A stretch of DNA of 64,000 nucleotides from an uncultured virus (IMG/VR IMGVR_UViG_3300005675_000019) (taxonomy: Duplodnaviria; Heunggongvirae; Uroviricota; Caudoviricetes). The DNA lies in the IMG/VR virus record IMGVR_UViG_3300005675_000019; one strand, written 5' to 3'. The position numbers were made by a program, and so were the translations under genes. The stretch's first letter is position 1. Every line of letters starts with the position of its first letter. A model generated the notes under the pieces. The model searched no databases and was not told the origin of the DNA. It saw only the letters and a program-made list of their open reading frames with translations. This document shows, piece after piece, positions 1-9,554 of the stretch.

Positions 1-549
1 TGACCAGCCAGGAAGCCGCAAACACTGATCAAGTGTGGCAATCAACCATTGACCATTGGAAAATTTATGCGACGCGAAGCAGGTATCACCACGCCTCATG
101 CATAGTATTCATTACCCGATGATTGATTGCAGCGCAATATGTCGTGTGCGATAGGTGAAAACGCGAAAGCAATACCATGCAACGGGTAACACATAACTTG
201 GCAATCGCTTAGTTATGTGTCGCAAACCGCCACTAGGATACAAAACTGAAAGCGGATAGCAGAGTGTGACAGACTCTTCTCGAGTATGGCTAACAGATAA
301 TCAACCGATTCCGATTAAAACAAGGCAGGCTTGCGCAAAGCGGTATCACTTTTGATACTGGCAGGTATAGCAGCGAACATAGATTGATCGTTCGCGCACG
401 CCGAAAAGTCCCGACCAGCGAGTCGAAAAACCGCATTGGCAGCATGCAGATACTACCGAGAGGCAGAATCGGCCAACAACATGCAGCAAGTCTTATGAGG
501 GCTTGCTTATGTGATGACGCATAAGCAAGCCCTTATGGAAGGAGGTAAT

Positions 550-840
550 ATGATCTTCAGCAACAAGCATGCAGTGGCCAGCGTCAAAATCATAGAAGAA
601 GATGATGACCTTGCCTACGAGGGGTATTACCCCAGTTTTGCTGTGCTGTCTGGTATCAACAGCACTGGCAAAGGGTACGCCAGTGGAGTGCTCATGCAAG
701 TCTGCCAATGGGCGGACAGCGAAGGTTACAGGTTAGTCCTGTGTCCTGTAGCCTCAGGTAATTTGAGCCAAGCGGAACTAATTGCTTGGTACGAGAGAAA
801 CGGCTTCAAACAAGATGAAGCCGGAATGATGGTAAGGTAG
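550..840 (+). CDS. GNAT-family acetyltransferase
   Basis: GKGYAS acetyl-CoA-binding motif and LIAWYERNGF motif; GGAGG RBS before ATG 550 (in frame with track ORF 511..840). Confidence 0.75.
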   Translation: MIFSNKHAVASVKIIEEDDDLAYEGYYPSFAVLSGINSTGKGYASGVLMQVCQWADSEGYRLVLCPVASGNLSQAELIAWYERNGFKQDEAGMMVR

Positions 841-842
841 CC

Positions 843-865
843 AAGCCCGCGAAAGCGGGCTTTTT
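843..865 (+). terminator. Rho-independent terminator
   Basis: AAGCCCGC-GAAA-GCGGGCTT followed by a T run, right after the GNAT stop. Confidence 0.85.
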
Positions 866-883
866 CGTTTCTGGCTTCTGGCT

Positions 884-1127
884 GTTACAAGCCCGAGGCC
901 GGGCACGAAAAAGCGTTACACAGCAGCAGAGTTTTGTAACAGATAGTTACACGTGGTCACACACTGTTACAGACTGTTACAAAACTTTGGCCGAAATTTG
1001 CAAAATTTTGAAATTTTCGCCTTTTTCACCCAAAAATGCACCAACATGGTGCATTTTCACCCGAAAACAGCCAGAACTCTGTTACAAACCAGTCACAGGC
1101 TGTTACAAACCGTTACACGCTGTTACA
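884..1127. repeat. Helically phased GT(T/C)ACA repeat arrays around a palindrome
   Basis: Copies start at 884, 915, 946, 956, 966, 976, 1081, 1092, 1102, 1112, 1122, plus an inverted copy at 935; 10-bp inverted repeat at 1033-1057. Confidence 0.85.
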
Positions 1128-1188
1128 AAGCGTGTCCAGCAGCACGAGGCCGGATTCGGTCCGCGTGTGCCACTTTGAGGAGGTTTTG

Positions 1189-1437
1189 ATGGAGACTTAC
1201 TGTCGTAGTCCTCAGCAAATTGACGAGGACTTCATGATTTCCGAGCTTGAAGGGCTGAAGAAGGCCCTCAGCAAGTGGTATGTAGGTTTCGCCGGAATGC
1301 CCGGTGAGTACTACCTGCGAGGGGCTGAGCGCAAGCGTGCCCTTGGTGTCGTTGCCACCATAGAGGCAGCAATCCTCGAAGGTGAGACCCTGGACTCCAG
1401 TCGGCTGGCAAGGCAGACATGGAATATTCCGCACTAG
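1189..1437 (+). CDS. Hypothetical phage protein
   Basis: GAGGAGG RBS, ATG 1189, followed by a terminator. Confidence 0.7.
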   Translation: METYCRSPQQIDEDFMISELEGLKKALSKWYVGFAGMPGEYYLRGAERKRALGVVATIEAAILEGETLDSSRLARQTWNIPH

Positions 1438-1442
1438 CCAGC

Positions 1443-1468
1443 AGGCCCCTCGAAGGGGCCTTTCTTTT
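1443..1468 (+). terminator. Rho-independent terminator
   Basis: AGGCCCCT-CGA-AGGGGCCT plus TTCTTTT. Confidence 0.8.
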
Positions 1469-1541
1469 GGGCATTCCAACATAGTGCTCAAACGAAAACC
1501 TGACGCGCAGCAGGCCGACTGTGCCAACGAAAGGAGAAACC

Positions 1542-1835
1542 ATGTACAAACTCACCGACTACGTGGTCGAGGTCCTGATCACAGGCCTGGACCCGATCCC
1601 GAACAGCCCCTACCACACGGCAGGCTCCGCACTGGTCACATACAACAACGGGCCGCAGAGCAGGTTCGCGCTCCGGTTCAGCACCACCAACAAAAGGCAA
1701 ATCAAGGACGCGGTCCTGTTCCGCGCCCGTGGCGAGGTCCTGGACGCGATCGAGGCCCTCCAGCGACTCAAGGACGGGGAGCCGGCATGGCTCCGGGACG
1801 CCAAGGTGGCCAACAAAGCGCCGAGCTACCTGTGA
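1542..1835 (+). CDS. Hypothetical phage protein
   Basis: AAGGAG RBS, ATG 1542, GC3-rich codons. Confidence 0.7.
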   Translation: MYKLTDYVVEVLITGLDPIPNSPYHTAGSALVTYNNGPQSRFALRFSTTNKRQIKDAVLFRARGEVLDAIEALQRLKDGEPAWLRDAKVANKAPSYL

Positions 1836-2028
1836 GAGTCTGCAAACTGAGCAACGGCAAAATCTGCCAGCTCCTCCAGCACGACGTGACTGTGAAGTTC
1901 GACCGCAGGCCGGGCTGGAGCCTGGTTGCGCGCCCGATCGAAGCTCCCACCACGCAACAGGCCGTGTGGTGGGTTCAATCTACCCAAGTAGCATGGATTC
2001 TGACCGTCTGAGGGCCGACCCATGCCTG

Positions 2029-2700
2029 TTGCATAAATATGCAAGTACCATAGGAAAATCAGCAGGCACTTTCCCTAGCACAGTCTAAACCACCCTGTCA
2101 AGCTGCACTGCAACAATTCCATGCCACCAGCATACTCTGGCGGAAAAAACGGGGTTTTCGCAGGAGGGGTCAGCTGCAGGCCTAAAGGGTTGATTTGCAG
2201 GCCTTTCTCTATACAGTACGGAATAACGTACACTATATAAAAATACTTTTTTTATTTTTACTGTATAGATGCACAGTACTCAAGAACCCTGCAGAGTGTT
2301 GTATTTGCCCACACAAAGTGAAAAAAGTTATTCTCTAGGCAAATGCACTAACCTACTGAAAGCAATAGAAAAAAAGTGTCAAAAGTGCCCTGCAGCGCGT
2401 AAGACTTTTCCGAAACTCTCCTGAGAAATTTCTTGACATTTCAGCAGGAAGTCCTGAGATTTCTGGCAAAAGGCTTGTGCTGCCTAAAATTTAGGCGGAA
2501 AATTGGTGAAAACAGGAGAAAATGGGCCTGTTTTAGGAGAAACTTTTTCCCGTCCTCGACACCTGTTGCCTAAAATTTAAGCAACAGCGTCAAAAACACG
2601 CCTCAAACCCCTGTGAGGTGTAAAAAGTTTCTCCTAAATATCCCTCCTTTTCTCCTGCCCCTATCCAGCGTTCTCCTTGACGTTTTTGGGCCTTTCCGCT
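2029..2700. other. AT-rich non-coding region with nested inverted repeats (candidate origin or terminus)
   Basis: No credible ORF; inverted repeats 2208-2218/2259-2269, 2532-2548/2622-2638, 2513-2522/2648-2657; GCCTAAAATTTA(G/A)GC twice. Confidence 0.55.
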
Positions 2701-2705
2701 AGCTT
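2677..2705 (+). promoter_or_regulatory. Sigma70-like promoter
   Basis: TTGACG-17 nt-TAGCTT upstream of the C4-like RNA and antirepressor. Confidence 0.55.
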
Positions 2706-2711
2706 TTGATC

Positions 2712-2815
2712 GTGGTGTCAAGGCCACTCATCAGTAAGCAAGTTTCGGGCAGTCTGTTTCGTGCGTTGGGCGCTTACTCCCTCCTTGACCGCACTTAGCA
2801 GCCTGCCCAAAATTT
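2712..2815 (+). ncRNA. C4-like antisense RNA cassette 1 (target boxes plus structured RNA)
   Basis: Box a GTCAAGG 2717-23 in a GTGG/CCAC hairpin; box b AGTAAGC 2733-39; stem 2740-59/2797-2815 encloses GCTTACT 2772-78 and CCTTGAC 2783-89. Confidence 0.7.
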
Positions 2816-2830
2816 TTGGAAAGCCAAAAC

Positions 2831-3607
2831 ATGAGCACCGAACTTCAAGTAATCGTCAACAATCAACCATTGACCGTGGCCCTGCCAGAGCGCCTGGCCC
2901 CGGTCGCGGTCCTGCTTCCGATCGTGACCCGCCTCTTCAGCAAGGACAGGCACACCGTGGTCCTGGCCAAGGACCTGTTCGCCCGTCTGGGCGGCAGCTA
3001 CAGGCCGGGCCGCTGGTTGGAGGGGGTCATCAAGGACTGCCGCCTTGAGAAGGACGTGGACTACTTCGAGGTTGAACTAGACCCGTCAGACCCTGCCAAC
3101 TTCCAAGCCATAGCAGCAAACAAAGGCGTGGCCCCGGTCTACACCTACTTCACGTTGAAGGCGACGAGGAAGATCACCCTGCGGTCGAGTGCTGAAGAAG
3201 CCCACATCTTCTTCGAGTTCGTGGACGCGGTCCTGGACGCGGTCGTGCCCAGCCTGTTGACCAAGCTCACGGCAGCCAACCAAGAAGCCACCCGCCAGCG
3301 CTCTCTCGCTGACAGAAACGAAGCCGTAGCCCTGGCCGCAGTCAAGAAAGTTGACGGGAAACTGAACATCACCCAGTTCGAGTCCGCCGAACAGATCAAG
3401 AAGCGCCTCGGCATCACCCAGGCACGCCTCTGCGACGCCGAACAAGCCGCTTTCGCGCTCTGGGAGTACTCCAGCAAGGCACGCCGGGCGCTGGCCGCCA
3501 GCAAGCCACAGCAGGCCGTGGAAGCCCTGCAATACCTGGACAAACTCTTCGGAAACTACAGCGACCTGCTGCGCGACACTCCTCCGTGGAGCAACAACCA
3601 GAGCTAG
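2831..3607 (+). CDS. AntA/AntB-like antirepressor or DNA-binding protein
   Basis: AKDLFARLG...RWLEGVIKDCRLEKDVDYF resembles the AntA N-terminal domain; coiled-coil C-terminus. Confidence 0.6.
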   Translation: MSTELQVIVNNQPLTVALPERLAPVAVLLPIVTRLFSKDRHTVVLAKDLFARLGGSYRPGRWLEGVIKDCRLEKDVDYFEVELDPSDPANFQAIAANKGVAPVYTYFTLKATRKITLRSSAEEAHIFFEFVDAVLDAVVPSLLTKLTAANQEATRQRSLADRNEAVALAAVKKVDGKLNITQFESAEQIKKRLGITQARLCDAEQAAFALWEYSSKARRALAASKPQQAVEALQYLDKLFGNYSDLLRDTPPWSNNQS

Positions 3608-3634
3608 ACCAGCAGCACCATTGAACTAACCGTC

Positions 3635-3655
3635 GCCCCACCTGTGGGGCTTTTT
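3635..3655 (+). terminator. Rho-independent terminator
   Basis: GCCCCA-CCTG-TGGGGC plus TTTTT. Confidence 0.75.
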
Positions 3656-3678
3656 GTCGTCTGAAGAAAGGAAGAGCC

Positions 3679-4303
3679 GTGTACACGACCCTGAACAAAA
3701 TCAAGTCTCATGACCCTTGCGCTAGAGGCTGGAGGACCCTGCTCACTGCTTTGGGCAAAACCAAGGCTGATGACGATCCCGTATCTATGGCCTTCATCCT
3801 ACAGTCCAACGGCTTTGAGGATGCCGTCTGGACCTTCAAGTGCCTAGCAGGAGCTGATCGAGAGATTCGGCTCTTTGCAGTGGACTGCGCCCGCCAAGTG
3901 CAGCACCTCATGACTGACCCTCGGTCACTGGCAGCGCTTGATGTTGCTGAGCGTTTTGCGAACGGGTTAGCAACTTCCGAGGAATTGGACGCAGCCAGGG
4001 CCGCAGCCTGGGCCGCAGCAGACGCAGCCAGGGACGCAGCCTGGGCCGCAGCAGACGCAGCCTGGGCCGCAGCCAGGGACACAGCCTGGGCCGCAGCCAG
4101 GGACACAGCCAGAACCGCAGCCAGGGACACAGCCAGAGCCGCAGCCTGGGACACAGCCTGGGCCGCAGCCAGGGACACAGCCAGAGCCGCAGCCTGGGAC
4201 ACAGCCAGGGACACAGCCAGAGCCGCAGNNNNNNNNNNNNNNNNNNGCCTGGGACACAGCCAGAGCCAAGCAGGAAGAACTCTTCCTGAAGTACTTCGGG
4301 TAG
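3679..4303 (+). CDS. Phage protein with AARAAAW low-complexity repeats (spans an assembly gap)
   Basis: TTLNKIKSHDPC...RLFAVDCARQV N-terminus; N gap 4229-4246 shifts the frame; probable true end AKQEELFLKYFG-TAG at 4303. Confidence 0.7.
3991..4267 (+). repeat. In-frame 12-nt tandem repeat (RCAGCCWGGGMC-like)
   Basis: Repeated GCAGCCTGGGCC, GCAGCCAGGGAC and ACAGCCAGAGCC units; contains the N gap. Confidence 0.9.
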
Positions 4304-5347
4304 GTTGCCACTTCCCTAGGCAGTAACCAGTGTCTGGAAATCCCGCCTGACGCACAGTAAGCAGTATTCAACCAAGGAGAGTCAAAATGTCACACCGCTA
4401 TCAACAACCCCTCTGGGTCAGCATGGCCCAACGGCTTGTCAACATCGCCCAAAGAGATCTGGCCCGCAAAGCACGCCGGGCTGCCGCAATCAAGGCCCTG
4501 TACACGATCGAGAGCCGGGCAACGTTCCGGGACGGAGGCAAGGCAAGTGGCTAGGCCCTGCCTCAAGACGATCAGCCCGAGGCACGGCTTTGTGGTCGAG
4601 GCTGTGCCCACTATCAGCGGGTGCGACTGGTACGAATACCTCACAGGTGACGCCCCAGCCCACTACGCAGCCGTGCTGGACTGCACCTATGAGATGACCC
4701 TGGACCTGGTCGCGGCCAACGCCATAACACCGGCAGCAGCCGTGGCCCAGGTCATGAAGGATGAGCACTGGAAGGTCTTGCCAACGCATGTCAAGGCCAT
4801 TATCAAACGAGTTGAGGAGGATTAAACATGTGCTTCAGACTTTACGCAGAGTACGACCAAGTAGCTGTCCGCACAGCTAGGAAGTACAACGACCTGCAAA
4901 AGGCAGTCCAGGTGGCCAAGACAATCAAAGCCAAGGCCGTGTACATCCGGGACCTGCTCCCGAGCGGAAAGGAGCGACTGGTTGATGTCGTGACAGGAGG
5001 GCGCAGTGTCACGTTCGGCTAACCGACCACCGAGTGAGAACAGCCGGCGTTACTCGCCGGCTTTCAGCAGAAAGTGCAAGGCATCAGTCTTGCGACACAT
5101 AGCAAGGAAGGAGCAGAAACATGCACAGACGCAAGAAATATCTGGTCTACAAGAAGGACTATAACCCGCTCGTTGACACCTACCAGACTAGGTACTCGAA
5201 GTACCAGGCCTGGAAGTGTGCCGTGAGGATGGGCGCAGGAGCGTCAGTGATGGCCTGCTTCTACCAGCACCCTGGCCCCTTCAAGATGTGGACCAGGTCC
5301 TGGTCCGAAGATTTGTGGGTAGTCGTTTAATCAATAAGGAGAAAAGC

Positions 5348-7102
5348 ATGTCAAATCTTATGGATGTGCCGAAGTACAGACTCAGGACTCATATTCGCAA
5401 CAACATCAACAGCGCCAATCACCGTTGCAGGAGCTCACCTGTATCAAATAATGATCCTACGATCAAGAGGATCATCAAGGAGTTCGGCACCCCTGTTGGG
5501 CCACGCTACCGGGTGAAGAACCTCAACGTGTTCCTCCAGATTCTGGAGGAGATTGGGCCTTACACGGCTGATAAGGTCATGCCGGAGCTGGGGATGGCCT
5601 ATGGGTCCAGAGTACGGAAGTCTTATGACTGGGATTGTGATGTCTTTTCTGCTGCCCGGTGGATGATGCGTGATCATGATCGCCACATGTACTTGACCCA
5701 CCTCGTCCATGTCTCGGAGGTGGATAACACCCAGGTCGCATTCACGCCAGACGCGAGATCCCTGATTGCCGACAAGCAAATCCGCATGAGGCCGGGCAAG
5801 TACCTTACGAAGTACTGGGGGAGCGGGTCTCTGCGCCCACTCTTCAGTGACGACGAGGTCAGAGACATGGTCGAGCGCCTTGCAGCACTCAACACCCCGA
5901 GAGAGCTGCACCTGATCCCCAACACCGACCCGGATGGGTGGGAGTGGGTGTATGAGAACAGCCCACCCTCATGCATGAGGCACAACAGGGTGTCCCGCTA
6001 CCTCAAAGACGGTCTGCATGGTAGGGACCACCCTGTTAGGCTGTATGCCCACCCAGATAACGACCTGGCCCTGGCCTACATCATGGTTGATGGGGAATCG
6101 GCCCCGAAGGACTACACGTTTTGGTCCGACGAGGACGAGTCCGTGGTTGCAGCACGAGCCATCGTCAACGTGGACCTCAAAACCTACCTCCGCATCTACT
6201 GCAGCGGAGACACGGACGCCACCAGAGTCATGGAAGTCACGCTGGCCAAGGCCGGCTTCACCCAATCCAACGACACGTTGGCTGGCCAGAAACTGGTCAG
6301 ACGCACCTATGACGGCAGGATCATCTGTCCGTACCTCGATGGGAATTACGCCTATGTCGAGGATGAGGGGGACTGCCTGACCATCTCCAGGGGCGGGCTG
6401 GGCAGGCAGAACAGCGGGGGTTTGATCGGTGGTGTGACATGCCCCTGCTGTGAAGAGACGGTGCGGGATGAGGACAGCCTCACCTACGTCGAGGCCAGAG
6501 GTGAGGCAATTTGCCAGAACTGCCTGGAATACTACGTCTATGCCTGGGTCACCCGCTGGAGACAAGAGTGGGTGCATGGCGAAGACGACGACCTTTACCA
6601 GTACAACGGGGACTACTACACCAGCGAGGGCTTGGCTGGGCATGGGCTCTCGATCTGCGACCACTGCGGGGAGATCGAGGACGACGACAATATGGTCGAT
6701 GCCGAGGGCCAGTGGGTGTGCGAGTGCCACACCACGACGTGTGAGGTCAGCGACGAGACCATCCTGAGGGAGGACAGCACGTACAGCGACTACGATGGGA
6801 CGATCGCCGACAAGTACCGGGTCAGACTGTACCCTTGCGGTGGTTATGGGCACGAGGACAGGGTCTTCAGCTTGACAACTTCGCGGGGTGTAACCCATGT
6901 GCACATGGAGTTCATCAAGGACGCATCCGAGGCTGAATTGAGGGAGCACTTTGTGGTTATCGGCACTGAGTTGCTGCCCGCCTCCCTATATGGTGAATAC
7001 GGGCGACCGCCTAGGCATGGTGACACCTACACCAACGTCACGTCAGGTGATGACTGTGACGACAGCATCGAGTCCTACATGGACGCGACCCTGGAAGAAT
7101 AG
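5348..7102 (+). CDS. Large phage protein with C-terminal CxxC zinc ribbons
   Basis: AAGGAG RBS; PGKYL, PSCM, ARAIV, RIY and PYLD motifs; CPCC, CQNC, CDHC and CECH pairs. Confidence 0.8.
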   Translation: MSNLMDVPKYRLRTHIRNNINSANHRCRSSPVSNNDPTIKRIIKEFGTPVGPRYRVKNLNVFLQILEEIGPYTADKVMPELGMAYGSRVRKSYDWDCDVFSAARWMMRDHDRHMYLTHLVHVSEVDNTQVAFTPDARSLIADKQIRMRPGKYLTKYWGSGSLRPLFSDDEVRDMVERLAALNTPRELHLIPNTDPDGWEWVYENSPPSCMRHNRVSRYLKDGLHGRDHPVRLYAHPDNDLALAYIMVDGESAPKDYTFWSDEDESVVAARAIVNVDLKTYLRIYCSGDTDATRVMEVTLAKAGFTQSNDTLAGQKLVRRTYDGRIICPYLDGNYAYVEDEGDCLTISRGGLGRQNSGGLIGGVTCPCCEETVRDEDSLTYVEARGEAICQNCLEYYVYAWVTRWRQEWVHGEDDDLYQYNGDYYTSEGLAGHGLSICDHCGEIEDDDNMVDAEGQWVCECHTTTCEVSDETILREDSTYSDYDGTIADKYRVRLYPCGGYGHEDRVFSLTTSRGVTHVHMEFIKDASEAELREHFVVIGTELLPASLYGEYGRPPRHGDTYTNVTSGDDCDDSIESYMDATLEE

Positions 7103-7134
7103 ATCGAAGAAGAGATCGAAGAATTGGAGGCAGC

Positions 7135-8160
7135 ATGAACCACATTGACCTGGGTAGAATCACCCAAATCCTCACCTACAAGAGGCCACATGGCTCCCAA
7201 GGGGTCGAGGACCTGATCAGGGACATCTTCGCGGGCTACACCTACACCACCTTCCAGGACGAGCTGGGCGCGGACCTGGCCCTGGTCATCACCGTGGGCA
7301 AGAGCAAGACCCTGTTCTCCTGCCACCTGGACACGGTCCACCACTCGTCCGGGTACCAGACCGTGATGTGGGACGAAGGCATCGCCCTGTTCTACAAGGA
7401 AGACGTGAACGTGGTCCCGATCAAAGGCAAGGTCCCGCCCGTGCTTCAGTTCGGTGAGCCCCTCGGGGCGGATGATGGGGCAGGCATCTGGCTGCTCCTG
7501 AACATGATCGACGCCGATGTTCCGGGCACCTACATCTTCCACTTCGGTGAGGAGAGGGGCGGGGTCGGGTCCCGTGGCATGGCCATGTTCCATGATGATT
7601 GGCTGGCCGAGTTTGATCGAGCAATCGCGTTCGATCGGCGGGACACCGACAACATCGTCACCCATCAGATGGGAGGGCGGTGCTGCTCCGACGAGTTCGG
7701 CGCAGCCCTGGCCAGCGCCCTGAACGCAGCACAGCCCGCTTTCACGTACCAGCCCGATGACAGCGGCGTCTTCACAGACACAGCCAACTACACCGACCTC
7801 ATAGGCGAATGCACCAACGTGTCATGTGGCTATGACCGGGAGCACAGCCCGGACGAGACCCTGGACATGGAGCACCTCAGCATGCTGCGGCAGGCCTGCA
7901 TCGAGATCAAGTGGGAGGAATTGCCCACCGTCCGCAAGCCGGGCGAGGTCGATGAGGAGGAGTTCAAGGCGAGTGCCACAGGCTTGAGGAGTTACTGGAC
8001 CGACCGGTACGAGGAGGTGCCGGAAGACCTCACGAAGATGAACTACTGCCAGCTAGAGGCCTGGGTCGAGGCCCAGGTCCTACTCAAGGACACGTGGAAG
8101 ATCACGGAAGCCCTGTGGGAAGCGCTGGAGTCCTCTAGGGGCAGGTTCTGGGAGGCCTGA
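7135..8160 (+). CDS. M20/M28-family zinc peptidase
   Basis: SCHLDTV, GADDGAG, GEERGGVGS, AFDR and EH metal-binding motifs. Confidence 0.85.
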   Translation: MNHIDLGRITQILTYKRPHGSQGVEDLIRDIFAGYTYTTFQDELGADLALVITVGKSKTLFSCHLDTVHHSSGYQTVMWDEGIALFYKEDVNVVPIKGKVPPVLQFGEPLGADDGAGIWLLLNMIDADVPGTYIFHFGEERGGVGSRGMAMFHDDWLAEFDRAIAFDRRDTDNIVTHQMGGRCCSDEFGAALASALNAAQPAFTYQPDDSGVFTDTANYTDLIGECTNVSCGYDREHSPDETLDMEHLSMLRQACIEIKWEELPTVRKPGEVDEEEFKASATGLRSYWTDRYEEVPEDLTKMNYCQLEAWVEAQVLLKDTWKITEALWEALESSRGRFWEA

Positions 8161-8292
8161 GATGATCAAGCAACTGAAGGCCTTCCTGATAGGCATACTC
8201 ACATGCAAGAAGCCCTACAGAACAACGTGGGATTCATTCGACGAACTCGCGGCCTACGAGCTGGGCCGCGAGGGGACAAGGAGGATTTTGAA

Positions 8293-8682
8293 ATGAACGA
8301 TAAGTTGAAAAATGCGGCAACAGCAGCCGGTGGAACCTTACTGTTAGTCCACATGCCTCCCATTCCTCTCGGAAAAAACGGGGGTTGTGGTGCTAGAACC
8401 CATGTAGAAGGAACGAATCGCGGCACGATGCCGTGCGGAAGTTTGTTGACTCAGTTTGGCAATACCGAGCCGTACTACTGTGCTCGCTGCGATCAAGAGC
8501 GTAAAAGGCCAAAATATTTTGTAATCGTTGATTGTGAGCGGGTCGAGCCGCTTATCAACTGCGCCAACTTTGAAGATGCGGTAGAAAGAGCCGACCTGTG
8601 CTGGCCAAACAACCACACGTGGGTCTCCACAAAAGACTCACTGAGAAGCCTGCGCAAGGCTCTTAATGCACTTGATATTTGA
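8293..8682 (+). CDS. Hypothetical protein, lower GC, flanked by direct repeats
   Basis: ATG 8293; GAGG(A/G)TTTTGAAATGA at 8281 and 8681. Confidence 0.6.
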   Translation: MNDKLKNAATAAGGTLLLVHMPPIPLGKNGGCGARTHVEGTNRGTMPCGSLLTQFGNTEPYYCARCDQERKRPKYFVIVDCERVEPLINCANFEDAVERADLCWPNNHTWVSTKDSLRSLRKALNALDI

Positions 8683-9176
8683 GGGTTTTGAAATGAGAGT
8701 CGAACTAACACTCTACATCGACTACGACAGCGGCGACTTCGAGGACATCAGGATGCGATTGTACGACGCTGCTGAGCACCTGTACGACAACGGCCTGCTG
8801 ACTGGTAACGACCCTGACATAGAGATCAGTAGCTGTACCCACTCCGTGACCCTGGTGCACCCTGATCGTGACTCCCTGAGCGTCCCTACTTACAGTTGGA
8901 AGTGGGGTAGTACTGGACCTGAAGGAGAGCCGAAATGAAAATCGAATTCGACAACTACCGGCAGCGCAACGTACTGAAAGAAGCGCTGATGAACTACCTG
9001 TCCGCTCGTATGCTGGGTTTTGAACGCTTCCCGCTGTATAGCGAGGATCAGTGGGAGGTCATAGCACGTGCCTACGTCAATCACAGGTACGCCTCCCATA
9101 CCCCAGAGTTCAGAAAGGTCAAGGTCCTGGAGAAGATCGAGGACTTCAAGGCGGTCAGATCAATCATGGAGGCACT

Positions 9177-9554
9177 ATGAAAAACCTACACACCCGCGTC
9201 ATCGTCCTCAACTACTTCGAGGACGAGGTCCAGCTCCATACCAATGACAAGGAGCAGCAAGAGTGGTACGCCGCCCTGGGCCGAATGGTGGCCTATGGCC
9301 TGTACCATGACAGGAACCCAGCCGAGGAGTTGACCACGCAGTATGTCGACATGGGGTTCCGAAAGGACCCAGTCGAGATTGATGCGGTGTACCACGAGCC
9401 TGTCCCACAGCCGAGGTATGAGGATGGGACACCCAAGTTCGTTGGAACGGCTGACCAAGACATCAAGGAATTGCGGGAGCGCTTAGCCTCATCAAATTGC
9501 TTCATCATGGGCGCGGTCCTGCGCGGTGATGGGAAGTGGGGATTCCACTCATGA
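9177..9554 (+). CDS. Hypothetical phage protein
   Basis: GGAGG RBS; ATGA overlap with neighbours. Confidence 0.65.
   Translation: MKNLHTRVIVLNYFEDEVQLHTNDKEQQEWYAALGRMVAYGLYHDRNPAEELTTQYVDMGFRKDPVEIDAVYHEPVPQPRYEDGTPKFVGTADQDIKELRERLASSNCFIMGAVLRGDGKWGFHS

Noticed and set aside
146..490. Group II intron (GTGCG at 146)
   Set aside because: No domain V/VI sequence or maturase follows.
953..1189. ORFs across the GTTACA arrays
   Set aside because: Translations merely mirror the DNA repeat; no RBS; better explained as a non-coding site.
4229..4326. Frameshifted C-terminus LGHSQSQAG... of the repeat protein
   Set aside because: Artefact of the estimated N-gap length; another frame continues the repeat and stops at 4303.
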